Shown piece by piece: positions 35,013 through 41,876 of a stretch of 64,000 nucleotides of DNA (within the stretch, counting starts at the first letter, position 1; each line of letters opens with the position of its first letter). The stretch is taken from positions 12,298 to 76,297 of the forward strand of contig DATIWD010000066.1 in assembly GCA_035519565.1 (NCBI GenBank). Reading direction: 5' to 3'. Origin of the DNA: Gemmatimonadales bacterium (lineage in GTDB: Bacteria; Gemmatimonadota; Gemmatimonadetes; Gemmatimonadales; GWC2-71-9). Below the pieces are notes generated by a model. That model made no database searches and was not told the DNA's origin. It saw only the letters and a list, made by a program, of their open reading frames with translations. The position numbers and the translations under genes are program-made.

Positions 35013-35656
35013 TGCCGTACCCGGTCGGTGGCGTCGAGATCGGCCACCGTGTCGATGTCCCGGTTCCGGCCCGGCAGGTCGATGGTAGTGACCAGGTGAG
35101 GCCTTGCGCGAAGCAGCGGACCCAGGCCGGTGTCGCCGCTCAATTCATCGGCCAGGTTCCAGTGCGCCCGATCCAGGAGCACCGGGTGGCCCGGTGCTTC
35201 AGGTCGTTCGAGGTATCGAGGGCGCACGATCGGGTGGGCCTGGCCGCGCCCGGCCAAGACCAGGGCGCGAATGGTCTCCACGCTGAGTTCGGGCTGATCT
35301 CCCAGGATGATCAAGGCGGCTGTCGGTCGGGGATCGAGGTTCTGCCTTGTCAGAGCGGTCAGTCCGAGTCGGAGCGAGTGAGACAGCCCGGCGGCGGGGT
35401 CATGGTTGAGTTCCGTCTGAATGCCGCCTTGTTCGACGAGCGTTGCGACGAGCCCGGAGCTGCACACGGCCACCGCGCCACTCAGCCAGCCCTGCACTCG
35501 CGCCTGGGCGATCGCCTCGAGGACCGGTTGCAGGAGCGGGCGACCATGAAAGGAAGCCAGCAGCTTCTCCCCGCCGAATCGCTGGCCTTTCCCTGCCGCC
35601 AGGAGCAAGGCATAGGTGGCACTCTGACTGGAGGGCTGCGAGTCTCGAGGGGTCAC
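35009..35656 (-). CDS. MobA/MocA-like molybdenum cofactor nucleotidyltransferase
   Basis: N-terminal LLLAAGKGQRFGGEKLL NTP-transferase motif. It overlaps the coxG-like start by 4 nt. Confidence 0.75.
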   Translation of the reverse strand: MTPRDSQPSSQSATYALLLAAGKGQRFGGEKLLASFHGRPLLQPVLEAIAQARVQGWLSGAVAVCSSGLVATLVEQGGIQTELNHDPAAGLSHSLRLGLTALTRQNLDPRPTAALIILGDQPELSVETIRALVLAGRGQAHPIVRPRYLERPEAPGHPVLLDRAHWNLADELSGDTGLGPLLRARPHLVTTIDLPGRNRDIDTVADLDATDRVRQ

Positions 35657-35747
35657 GCTTCGCGCTGGTGAACCGTTCGCCGGTCGGCGCCGGGGCTGGC
35701 AAGGCTAGTCCGGGCTCGGTTCGAGGTCAACCGCCGCGGCCGGCGTC

Positions 35748-35776
35748 TTGACCGGGGGCCTCGCCCTTCGTATCGT
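35748..35776 (+). promoter_or_regulatory. Candidate sigma-70 promoter TTGACC-17-TATCGT upstream of the tRNA-Asn leader
   Basis: TTGACC at 35748-35753, a 17-nt spacer, TATCGT at 35771-35776. An ATG follows 10 nt later (35786). Confidence 0.45.
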
Positions 35777-35785
35777 ACCTGCCCT

Positions 35786-35857
35786 ATGACGATGCCGACC
35801 AACCGCCGCAATAATCGAAACTCCAATCGGTTCCTCACCGGAACGGGTAGGGGGTAG
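35786..35857 (+). CDS. Candidate 23-codon leader peptide rich in Asn (and Arg) codons: MTMPTNRRNNRNSNRFLTGTGRG
   Basis: Codons are ATG ACG ATG CCG ACC AAC CGC CGC AAT AAT CGA AAC TCC AAT CGG TTC CTC ACC GGA ACG GGT AGG GGG TAG. Five of the 23 codons are Asn, three of them AAT in a GC-rich genome. There is no SD and the ATG is almost at the predicted TSS. Confidence 0.3.
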   Translation: MTMPTNRRNNRNSNRFLTGTGRG

Positions 35858-35882
35858 CGGTCGCGTTGAGTCGCCGTAGCCC

Positions 35883-35917
35883 AAGACCCGTTCGGATCGA
35901 GCGGGTCTTTCGATTTT
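35883..35917 (+). terminator. Intrinsic-terminator-like hairpin plus T-tract ending 3 nt before tRNA-Asn
   Basis: AAGACCCG (35883-35890) pairs with CGGGTCTT (35902-35909). The stem is extended by T.G and TCG/CGA around a GAT triloop. It is followed by TCGATTTTAA. Confidence 0.55.
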
Positions 35918-35919
35918 AA

Positions 35920-35992
35920 TGGGGTGTAGCTCAACTGGCAGAGCGCCCGGCTGTTAACCGGGAGGTTGCAGGTTCGAAGCCTGCCGCCCCAG
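35920..35992 (+). tRNA. tRNA-Asn (anticodon GTT)
   Basis: Manual cloverleaf. Acceptor is TGGGGTG/CGCCCCA and the D arm GCTC-AACTGGCA-GAGC. The anticodon arm is CCCGG-CTGTTAA-CCGGG. The T arm is GCAGG-TTCGAAG-CCTGC, with discriminator G and no encoded CCA. Confidence 0.9.
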
Positions 35993-36013
35993 CTCGTGGT
36001 ACCGTAGCACGAA

Positions 36014-36057
36014 GGGGGCGGAGAACCGATGCGGCTCTCCGCCCCCTCCTGTTATTT
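36014..36057. terminator. Terminator hairpin (GGGGGCGGAGA / TCTCCGCCCCC) with T-rich tail
   Basis: An 11-bp stem at 36014-36046 is followed by tcctgttattt. It lies between tRNA-Asn and the 3' end of the convergent lipoprotein gene. Confidence 0.65.
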
Positions 36058-36073
36058 GCGCTAACGTCTGGTC

Positions 36074-36715
36074 CTACTTCTCCTTTGGCTCGCCGGCCGG
36101 CGTACCGGCGGCGGGGAGCGTCTTGAAGAGTTCTTCCGCACCCTCGTTGAGCCGTTCCTGAGTCGGATTCTTGGCCGGGTCCTCTTTCTTGACCAGCCCC
36201 TGCCACGCTGCCTTCCCGCTCTTCCGCTCGACCAATTGCACCAGGAAACCCGCCTGCCGGTTCTCGACCGGCGTGGTCGTGCTATAGCCATAGCCGACCC
36301 CTACGGGGGCGTAGCCCCAGCCGTATCCCCAACCAGACCAGCCGGCATAGCCGACGCCCGCGCTGGTGGTAGTGGTGACGTACGAGGTGCTGCTCTTCAC
36401 CCCCAGGGAGTAACGAATGAAGAAGTCCGCCGTCTCGGGGTCATCGACCAGTTTGTACCCCTTCTTCTGCATGTTCGCGTCAACAGCGTTCCGGATTCGC
36501 TGGTGCACGATGCTGTTATTGATGGACGGGTCCGTAGCACCCTGCACGTCCTGCTGGCCCGCCCAGGCATAGGTCGGGGACTGTGGGATGGCGATGGTGT
36601 AATCGCGATCGGTGTCCATTTCCGGCGCGCTCGCGCAGCCGAGCATCGCTGCGGCGGAGAGCATGACACCGAGTCGCCTACCCACCTGACTGACGCTCAT
36701 GGAGATACCTGGCAT
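36074..36715 (-). CDS. DUF4136-like lipoprotein with a Gly/Tyr/Trp-rich insert
   Basis: Start at ATG 36715 (MPGISMSVSQVGRRLGVMLSAAAMLGC lipobox); 213 aa. Contains AGVGYAGWSGWGYGWGYAPVGVGYGYS. The upstream part of the 341-aa track ORF is R/G/P-rich and discarded. Confidence 0.7.
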   Translation of the reverse strand: MPGISMSVSQVGRRLGVMLSAAAMLGCASAPEMDTDRDYTIAIPQSPTYAWAGQQDVQGATDPSINNSIVHQRIRNAVDANMQKKGYKLVDDPETADFFIRYSLGVKSSTSYVTTTTSAGVGYAGWSGWGYGWGYAPVGVGYGYSTTTPVENRQAGFLVQLVERKSGKAAWQGLVKKEDPAKNPTQERLNEGAEELFKTLPAAGTPAGEPKEK

Positions 36716-36912
36716 AAAAGAAACCTGGGTTGAGGGTACGTGCCCGCTCGCTTTATTCCGATTCGGAGGGGGTTCAATATAAGCAGGCGGCTGAGTTGTT
36801 GAACCCCTGTGAGTCCTACGCTTCCGACCAGGGAAGACGTTTCGCCCCGAACCCCGGCGCACACCCCGGTCCGGCCTTAGCGCCACCGTCCCGGCACCTC
36901 TAGCTTCCTCCG

Positions 36913-38154
36913 ATGCTCCGGGACGACGCCCGCCACGATTCGTACGCCGCCCTCCGCCATCCCGGTTTCCGCTGGTTCTCCGCCAGCCTCCTGAGCCAGA
37001 CCCTCGCCACCCAGATCCAGGGGGTGGTCGTGGGATGGCAGGTCTACCAGAACACCCGGGATCCCCTGGCCCTGGGGTTGGTCGGCCTCGCCGAGGCATT
37101 GCCGTTCCTTACTATGGCATTGTTCGCCGGCCACGTAGCGGATCGGGTATCGCGGCGTGGCCTGGTGTTGGCCGCTCTGGCGGTGCTCAATGGTTCTTCC
37201 CTGGCGCTGCTGGTCTTCACGGTGACCGGCCACGTTGGCGTCGGGAGCGTCTGGCCGGTGTACGCCGTGCTGGCGGCGAGCGGTGTCGCGCGCAGCTTTC
37301 TCCAGCCAGCCCGGACCGCCATGCTCTCGCAGTTGGTCCAGCCTCCGCTCTATCCCAACGCCGTGGGGTGGCGCACTTCGGTCTGGCAATTCGGCGCAGT
37401 CATCGGTCCCGCCCTCGGCGGCATCTTGTACGCCATCGGCGGCGCCACCCTCGGCTATCTCGTCGACGCGGGTCTGATGGTCGGCGCCTGGGCAACCCTC
37501 GTGCGGGTTCCCTCCAGCCCGCCGCCACCCGCGGTCGCCACCTCGAGCGTGCTGGCCAGCCTGGGAGAAGGCCTCCGCTTCGTCTGGACTCGCCCGGTCC
37601 TCCTCAGTGCGCTGACGCTCGATCTCCTGGCCGTCCTCTTCGGAGGGGCGGAGGCGCTCCTTCCGCTGTTCGCGGCGGAAATTCTGCATGTCGGCCCTAC
37701 CGGGCTGGGCGCGCTGCGGGCGGCCCCGGCCATCGGCTCGGTGCTGACCGCTCTGGTCATGGCCCATCGGCCGCCTGTGGAGCGGTCCGGGCCTGCCCTG
37801 CTCGCGGCGGTCTCGGTCTTCGGCCTCAGCATCATTGGGTTCGGGTTCTCCCGTGATCCCGCACTTTCATGGCTGTTCCTGGCGATCGCGGGAATGGCAG
37901 ACAATGTGAGCGTGGTATTGCGGGCCACCATGCTCCAGGTCCTGACCCCGCCTCAACTCCTGGGGAGGGTCTCGGCGGTAAACGCGATCTTCATCGGATC
38001 CTCCAACGAAATCGGGGCCTTCGAATCGGGAGTCGCGGCTAAACTCATCGGTGCGGTTCCCGCGGTAGTGCTTGGTGGCGTGGTGACGCTCCTGGTAGTG
38101 GCGCTCACCGCGTGGCGAGTTCCCGTGTTACGCAGGTTGGAGCGCATCGAGTGA
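36913..38154 (+). CDS. MFS transporter
   Basis: 413 aa with about 12 predicted TM segments and an MFS loop motif (GHVADRVSRRG). Confidence 0.8.
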   Translation: MLRDDARHDSYAALRHPGFRWFSASLLSQTLATQIQGVVVGWQVYQNTRDPLALGLVGLAEALPFLTMALFAGHVADRVSRRGLVLAALAVLNGSSLALLVFTVTGHVGVGSVWPVYAVLAASGVARSFLQPARTAMLSQLVQPPLYPNAVGWRTSVWQFGAVIGPALGGILYAIGGATLGYLVDAGLMVGAWATLVRVPSSPPPPAVATSSVLASLGEGLRFVWTRPVLLSALTLDLLAVLFGGAEALLPLFAAEILHVGPTGLGALRAAPAIGSVLTALVMAHRPPVERSGPALLAAVSVFGLSIIGFGFSRDPALSWLFLAIAGMADNVSVVLRATMLQVLTPPQLLGRVSAVNAIFIGSSNEIGAFESGVAAKLIGAVPAVVLGGVVTLLVVALTAWRVPVLRRLERIE

Positions 38155-38240
38155 GCGCCCGCTGCCGCTGGCTTGTCATCCGGCCCCACGCCGCGTAGGC
38201 TAAGGCTGCTCCTCCTCGTCTCCAGGATGCAGGGACCCGC

Positions 38241-39416
38241 GTGACCCAACTTCACGAAGCTTCGCCTTTGCGCGTTGCCATCTTCTCCGAGGTCTATTGG
38301 CCAATGGTGAGCGGCGTAGGGGTAATCCTGCCGCGGTTGGCTGATGCGCTGATGGCGCGTGGACACGCGGTCCGGGTCTACAGCGCCAGCTATCCGCTGC
38401 CTGCCGGCGCGCTCGAGCGGCCGGAGGTCCATCGCTCTCCCAGCGTGCCCCTGTTCGTCTACCCCGATGTGCAATGGGCCCTCCCGCGGACGCGCGACAT
38501 CACCGCCGATCTCCGCGAGTTCGAGCCCGACATCGTTCACGTCGCCACCGAATTCTCCATGGGACTCACTGGGGTGAAGCTCAGTCAACAATTGGGGATT
38601 CCCGTGGTGGCGTCGGCCCACACCGACTACCAGAAGTACGCGATCAGCTATGGGCTGGGCTGGGTTCTCACGGCCGGCTGGCTCTACCTTCGCTGGTTCT
38701 ACGCTCAGGCGGATCGGGTCCTCTGTCCCTCGGGCTGGTATGCGCGATATCTCCAGAGCCGCGGTGTCAGCAATACGGGGATCTGGACCCGGGGGGTGGA
38801 TACGGAGGAATTCAATCCGGCCCACCGGAGCCAGGAGTACCGCGACGCCTTCGGTGCCGGCCCCGATGACCTCCTGCTGACCTACGTCGGCCGTCTGGCC
38901 CGCGAGAAGGACCTCCACCTGCTGCTCAGGGCCTGGGAGGAGTTGCGACGGGTGCGGGGCAATGCCCAGCTGGTCCTTCTGGGTCGGGGGCCGTTCGAAG
39001 AGGAAATTCGGCGGCGGGCCATCCCGGGCGTGCATACTGCCGGTGTCCTACGTGGGCGAGAGCTCGCAGTCGCCTACGCCTCAGCCGATCTGTTCGTGTT
39101 TCCCTCGCCCACGGAGACCTTCGGCAATTCACTCCTGGAAGCGATGGCGTCGGGTTTGCCGTCCCTGGCGGTGAGCGCGGGCGGCGTGGTGGAGTTCGCG
39201 CAACACGGGCGGAACGCGTGGCTGGTCGAATCCGGGAACGGTACCGCGCTCCGGATCGGTCTGGAGAGGTTGATGCGGGACGGAGAGCTGCGGGAGCGGC
39301 TGCGTGAGGGCTCGCTTCACACCGCGATGGAGCGGCGTTGGGACGTCATCTACGACAAATTGGAAGACGACTATCGCAGCGCCATCGCCCGGGCCGCCGG
39401 GGCTCGGGCCGCATAG
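38241..39416 (+). CDS. Glycosyltransferase family 4 (GT-B, Glycos_transf_1)
   Basis: N-terminal RVAIFSEVYWPMVSGVG and the C-terminal E-X7-E region FPSPTETFGNSLLEAMASGLP. Confidence 0.8.
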   Translation: MTQLHEASPLRVAIFSEVYWPMVSGVGVILPRLADALMARGHAVRVYSASYPLPAGALERPEVHRSPSVPLFVYPDVQWALPRTRDITADLREFEPDIVHVATEFSMGLTGVKLSQQLGIPVVASAHTDYQKYAISYGLGWVLTAGWLYLRWFYAQADRVLCPSGWYARYLQSRGVSNTGIWTRGVDTEEFNPAHRSQEYRDAFGAGPDDLLLTYVGRLAREKDLHLLLRAWEELRRVRGNAQLVLLGRGPFEEEIRRRAIPGVHTAGVLRGRELAVAYASADLFVFPSPTETFGNSLLEAMASGLPSLAVSAGGVVEFAQHGRNAWLVESGNGTALRIGLERLMRDGELRERLREGSLHTAMERRWDVIYDKLEDDYRSAIARAAGARAA

Positions 39417-39420
39417 ACCG

Positions 39421-40461
39421 CTAGAGTCCCGCCGCCTTCAGGCCGAGGAAGGTCAAGGCCGCGATCACCCCCGCCATCGGGATCGTGAGCACCCAGGCCC
39501 ACACGATCCTCCCGGCGACCCCCCATCGTACTGCCGAGATTCGCTGAGCCGTCCCCACTCCCACGATGGCGCCGGTGATGGTGTGGGTGGTGCTCACCGG
39601 GATTCCCAGGCTCGACGCCATCAGGAGCGTGATCCCGCCCGCCGTCTCGGCGCAGAACCCGCCGAACGGCCGGAGCCGGGTGATCTTCGAACCCATCGTC
39701 TTCACGATCCGCCACCCGCCCAGCGCGGTCCCCAGCGAGATGGCCGTGTAGGCCGACATCTCGACCCACAGTGGGATGCGGGACCCGTCGACGAGATAGA
39801 ACCGCCCCAACCACCCATCGTGACCGAGGAACATGGCCTGGCTCGAGACCAGCAGGCTCACGATGATGCCCATGGTCTTCTGCGCGTCGTTGGCTCCATG
39901 ACCGAGTGAATACAGCGCGGCCGATCCCAGCTGGAGCCGGCGGAACGTCACATCCATGAGCCCCCGTGGTTGCACACGGAGTAACCAGCTCAAGCCCACG
40001 TACAGGCCCAGGGCGATAATCATCCCCAGGATCGGGGAGATGAAAATAAAGAGAATCGGCTTGGTCCAGCCGCCGAGCAGGAGGGCGCCAACCCCGGCCT
40101 TGGCGATCGCCGCCCCGCCGTAGCCCCCGAGCAGGGCGTGCGAAGACGAACTCGGCAGGCCCAACCACCAGGTGATCAGGTTCCAGAGAATGGCGCCTAA
40201 CAAGGCTCCCAGGATGACCACGGGATCTACCACCTTGGGGTCGATCAGCCCGGTACCGATCGTCCTCGCCACCGCAGTGCCCACGGTAAAGGCGGCCACG
40301 AAGTTGAAGCCCGCCGCCCAAAACACCGCGACTCCCGGAGAGAGCACCCGGGTGGAAACCACCGTGGCGATGGAATTGGCGCTATCGTGAAAACCGTTGA
40401 TGAAATCGAAGACCAGCGCCACCACGATGATGGCGAGGATGAAGGCGATGGTGCCGGTCAT
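39421..40461 (-). CDS. Inorganic phosphate transporter, PiT family
   Basis: Duplicated PHO4 signatures NGFHDSANSIAT and LGHGANDAQKTMG. Confidence 0.88.
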   Translation of the reverse strand: MTGTIAFILAIIVVALVFDFINGFHDSANSIATVVSTRVLSPGVAVFWAAGFNFVAAFTVGTAVARTIGTGLIDPKVVDPVVILGALLGAILWNLITWWLGLPSSSSHALLGGYGGAAIAKAGVGALLLGGWTKPILFIFISPILGMIIALGLYVGLSWLLRVQPRGLMDVTFRRLQLGSAALYSLGHGANDAQKTMGIIVSLLVSSQAMFLGHDGWLGRFYLVDGSRIPLWVEMSAYTAISLGTALGGWRIVKTMGSKITRLRPFGGFCAETAGGITLLMASSLGIPVSTTHTITGAIVGVGTAQRISAVRWGVAGRIVWAWVLTIPMAGVIAALTFLGLKAAGL

Positions 40462-40463
40462 CG

Positions 40464-41084
40464 TCAGCCGTGCTTGATGGAGATCGATTCGAGGATGTTA
40501 GCCACGTCCTCTGCGGAGTCCAGCGTCCTTTCCAGATTGTCGTACAGCTCTTTCCACTTGATGACCGTGACCGCGTCTGGGGTACCCTCGAAGAGCTTGC
40601 CCAGCCATTCGTGGTAGATGGAGTCTCCCTCTTCCTCGAGGCGCTTGATCGCGATACAGGCGGTGAGGACCGCGCCGTTCTTGTCCTTCGAGAGACCGTT
40701 CACCGCCGCGAGGGTTTGCTCGCTGATCCGCTGGATGACTTCGGCCAGCAGGATGGCCCCGGTGGGCGCGGTGCCCGCGTGGAAGATATGGGCCCGGCGC
40801 GCCACCCCGTCGATCAGATCGATGACATCGTCCAGCCGGGACGCGAGCGTGTGGATGTCTTCGCGATCGAGCGGCGTGATGAAGGTCCGGTCCAGCCGAG
40901 CCACTACTTCGTGGGTCAGCTGATCGGCCTCGTGTTCGAGCCGCTTGATCGAATCCACCAGATGGCCACGGCGATTGTCTTCGGCCTTGAGCAATTCTTC
41001 CAGCAAGCCCGCGGCTTCGACTGCGCGCTGCGCGACCGCCGTGAACAGGTCGAAGAAACGCTCATCCCTGGGAAGCAGCCGCAC
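40464..41084 (-). CDS. DUF47 (PhoU-like) protein associated with PiT
   Basis: A GTG start about 41084 gives VRLLPRDERFFDLF..., the usual DUF47 N-terminus (206 aa). It ends 2 nt before the PiT start. Confidence 0.75.
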   Translation of the reverse strand: MRLLPRDERFFDLFTAVAQRAVEAAGLLEELLKAEDNRRGHLVDSIKRLEHEADQLTHEVVARLDRTFITPLDREDIHTLASRLDDVIDLIDGVARRAHIFHAGTAPTGAILLAEVIQRISEQTLAAVNGLSKDKNGAVLTACIAIKRLEEEGDSIYHEWLGKLFEGTPDAVTVIKWKELYDNLERTLDSAEDVANILESISIKHG

Positions 41085-41176
41085 CGGGGACCCCGCTGGT
41101 AAGTGGGTTGAGATTAGAATTGCAGACCGACCGGGCGAGAAGATAGCCCGTGACTGGGCAGAGGCAAGTAGACCGC

Positions 41177-41836
41177 TCAACGGTCCGATGTAAGTCCTGC
41201 TACGGTGAGCACATCCTCGGGAGCCGTCAACCAGTGATCCGGCTCTCCCGCCTCGAGATCTTCACGGGTGAAGGGTCCCCAGAGGGCCGCCGCCGTGAAG
41301 ACGCCGGCCCCCCGGCCGGCGTGCAGATCGTGAATGCTGTCTCCCACGTACACCGTGGTGGCCGGATCGGCGCCGAGCAGACTCAGGGCGCGATCCACTG
41401 GCTCGGGGTCGGGTTTGGGAGACTGGACGTCATCCACGCACACCAGGACCTCGAACGCCTCGTCCAGGCCGACCCGGCGGAGGCCCCGCAGCGTGCCCTC
41501 CCGGTTCTTGCTGGTGACCACGCCGGTCCGGCGCCCGTGTCGGCGGATCACCGTGAGCATTTCCGCGACCCCGGGATACGGATGCACCATCCGGTCGTGA
41601 TGCTCCAGATTGTATGCGCGATAGGTCGCGACCATCCGGTCTAGGGTGTCGGGTTCGTGAATCCACTCTTTGAACTGCACGCGCAGCGGGGTGCCCAACC
41701 CCCGGAGCCAGTCGGCATCCGGCCGGGGAGCGAAGCCATGGGCAGCCATGGTGTGGTGATAGCTGTCCAGGATCAGCCGGATCGAATCGATCAGGGTTCC
41801 ATCCAGGTCGAACAGAATGGTCTCGATAGTGCGCAT
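41177..41836 (-). CDS. HAD-superfamily phosphatase (PGP/PpaX-like)
   Basis: Motif I ILFDLDGTLIDS, motif II VVTSK, motif III/IV YVGDSIHDLHAG. Start taken at MRTIETILFD (41836). Confidence 0.8.
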   Translation of the reverse strand: MRTIETILFDLDGTLIDSIRLILDSYHHTMAAHGFAPRPDADWLRGLGTPLRVQFKEWIHEPDTLDRMVATYRAYNLEHHDRMVHPYPGVAEMLTVIRRHGRRTGVVTSKNREGTLRGLRRVGLDEAFEVLVCVDDVQSPKPDPEPVDRALSLLGADPATTVYVGDSIHDLHAGRGAGVFTAAALWGPFTREDLEAGEPDHWLTAPEDVLTVAGLTSDR

Positions 41837-41876
41837 GAATAGGAAGCTATACACTCCTGCTTCGGAAACCATCGAG

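Noticed and set aside
36768-36806. Inverted repeat GGGGTTCAA-N21-TTGAACCCC in the divergent DUF4136/MFS promoter region, considered as a possible regulator binding site.
   Set aside because: It is a single occurrence with no adjacent regulator gene, and the long spacer fits a simple RNA or DNA hairpin equally well. It is too weak to call.
41177-41836. HAD phosphatase 40 nt downstream of the SNF2 gene considered as a third component of the MTase-helicase module.
   Set aside because: It is an ordinary PGP/PpaX-like HAD with complete motifs, and I know of no link between HAD phosphatases and DNA-modification systems. Co-orientation alone is insufficient.
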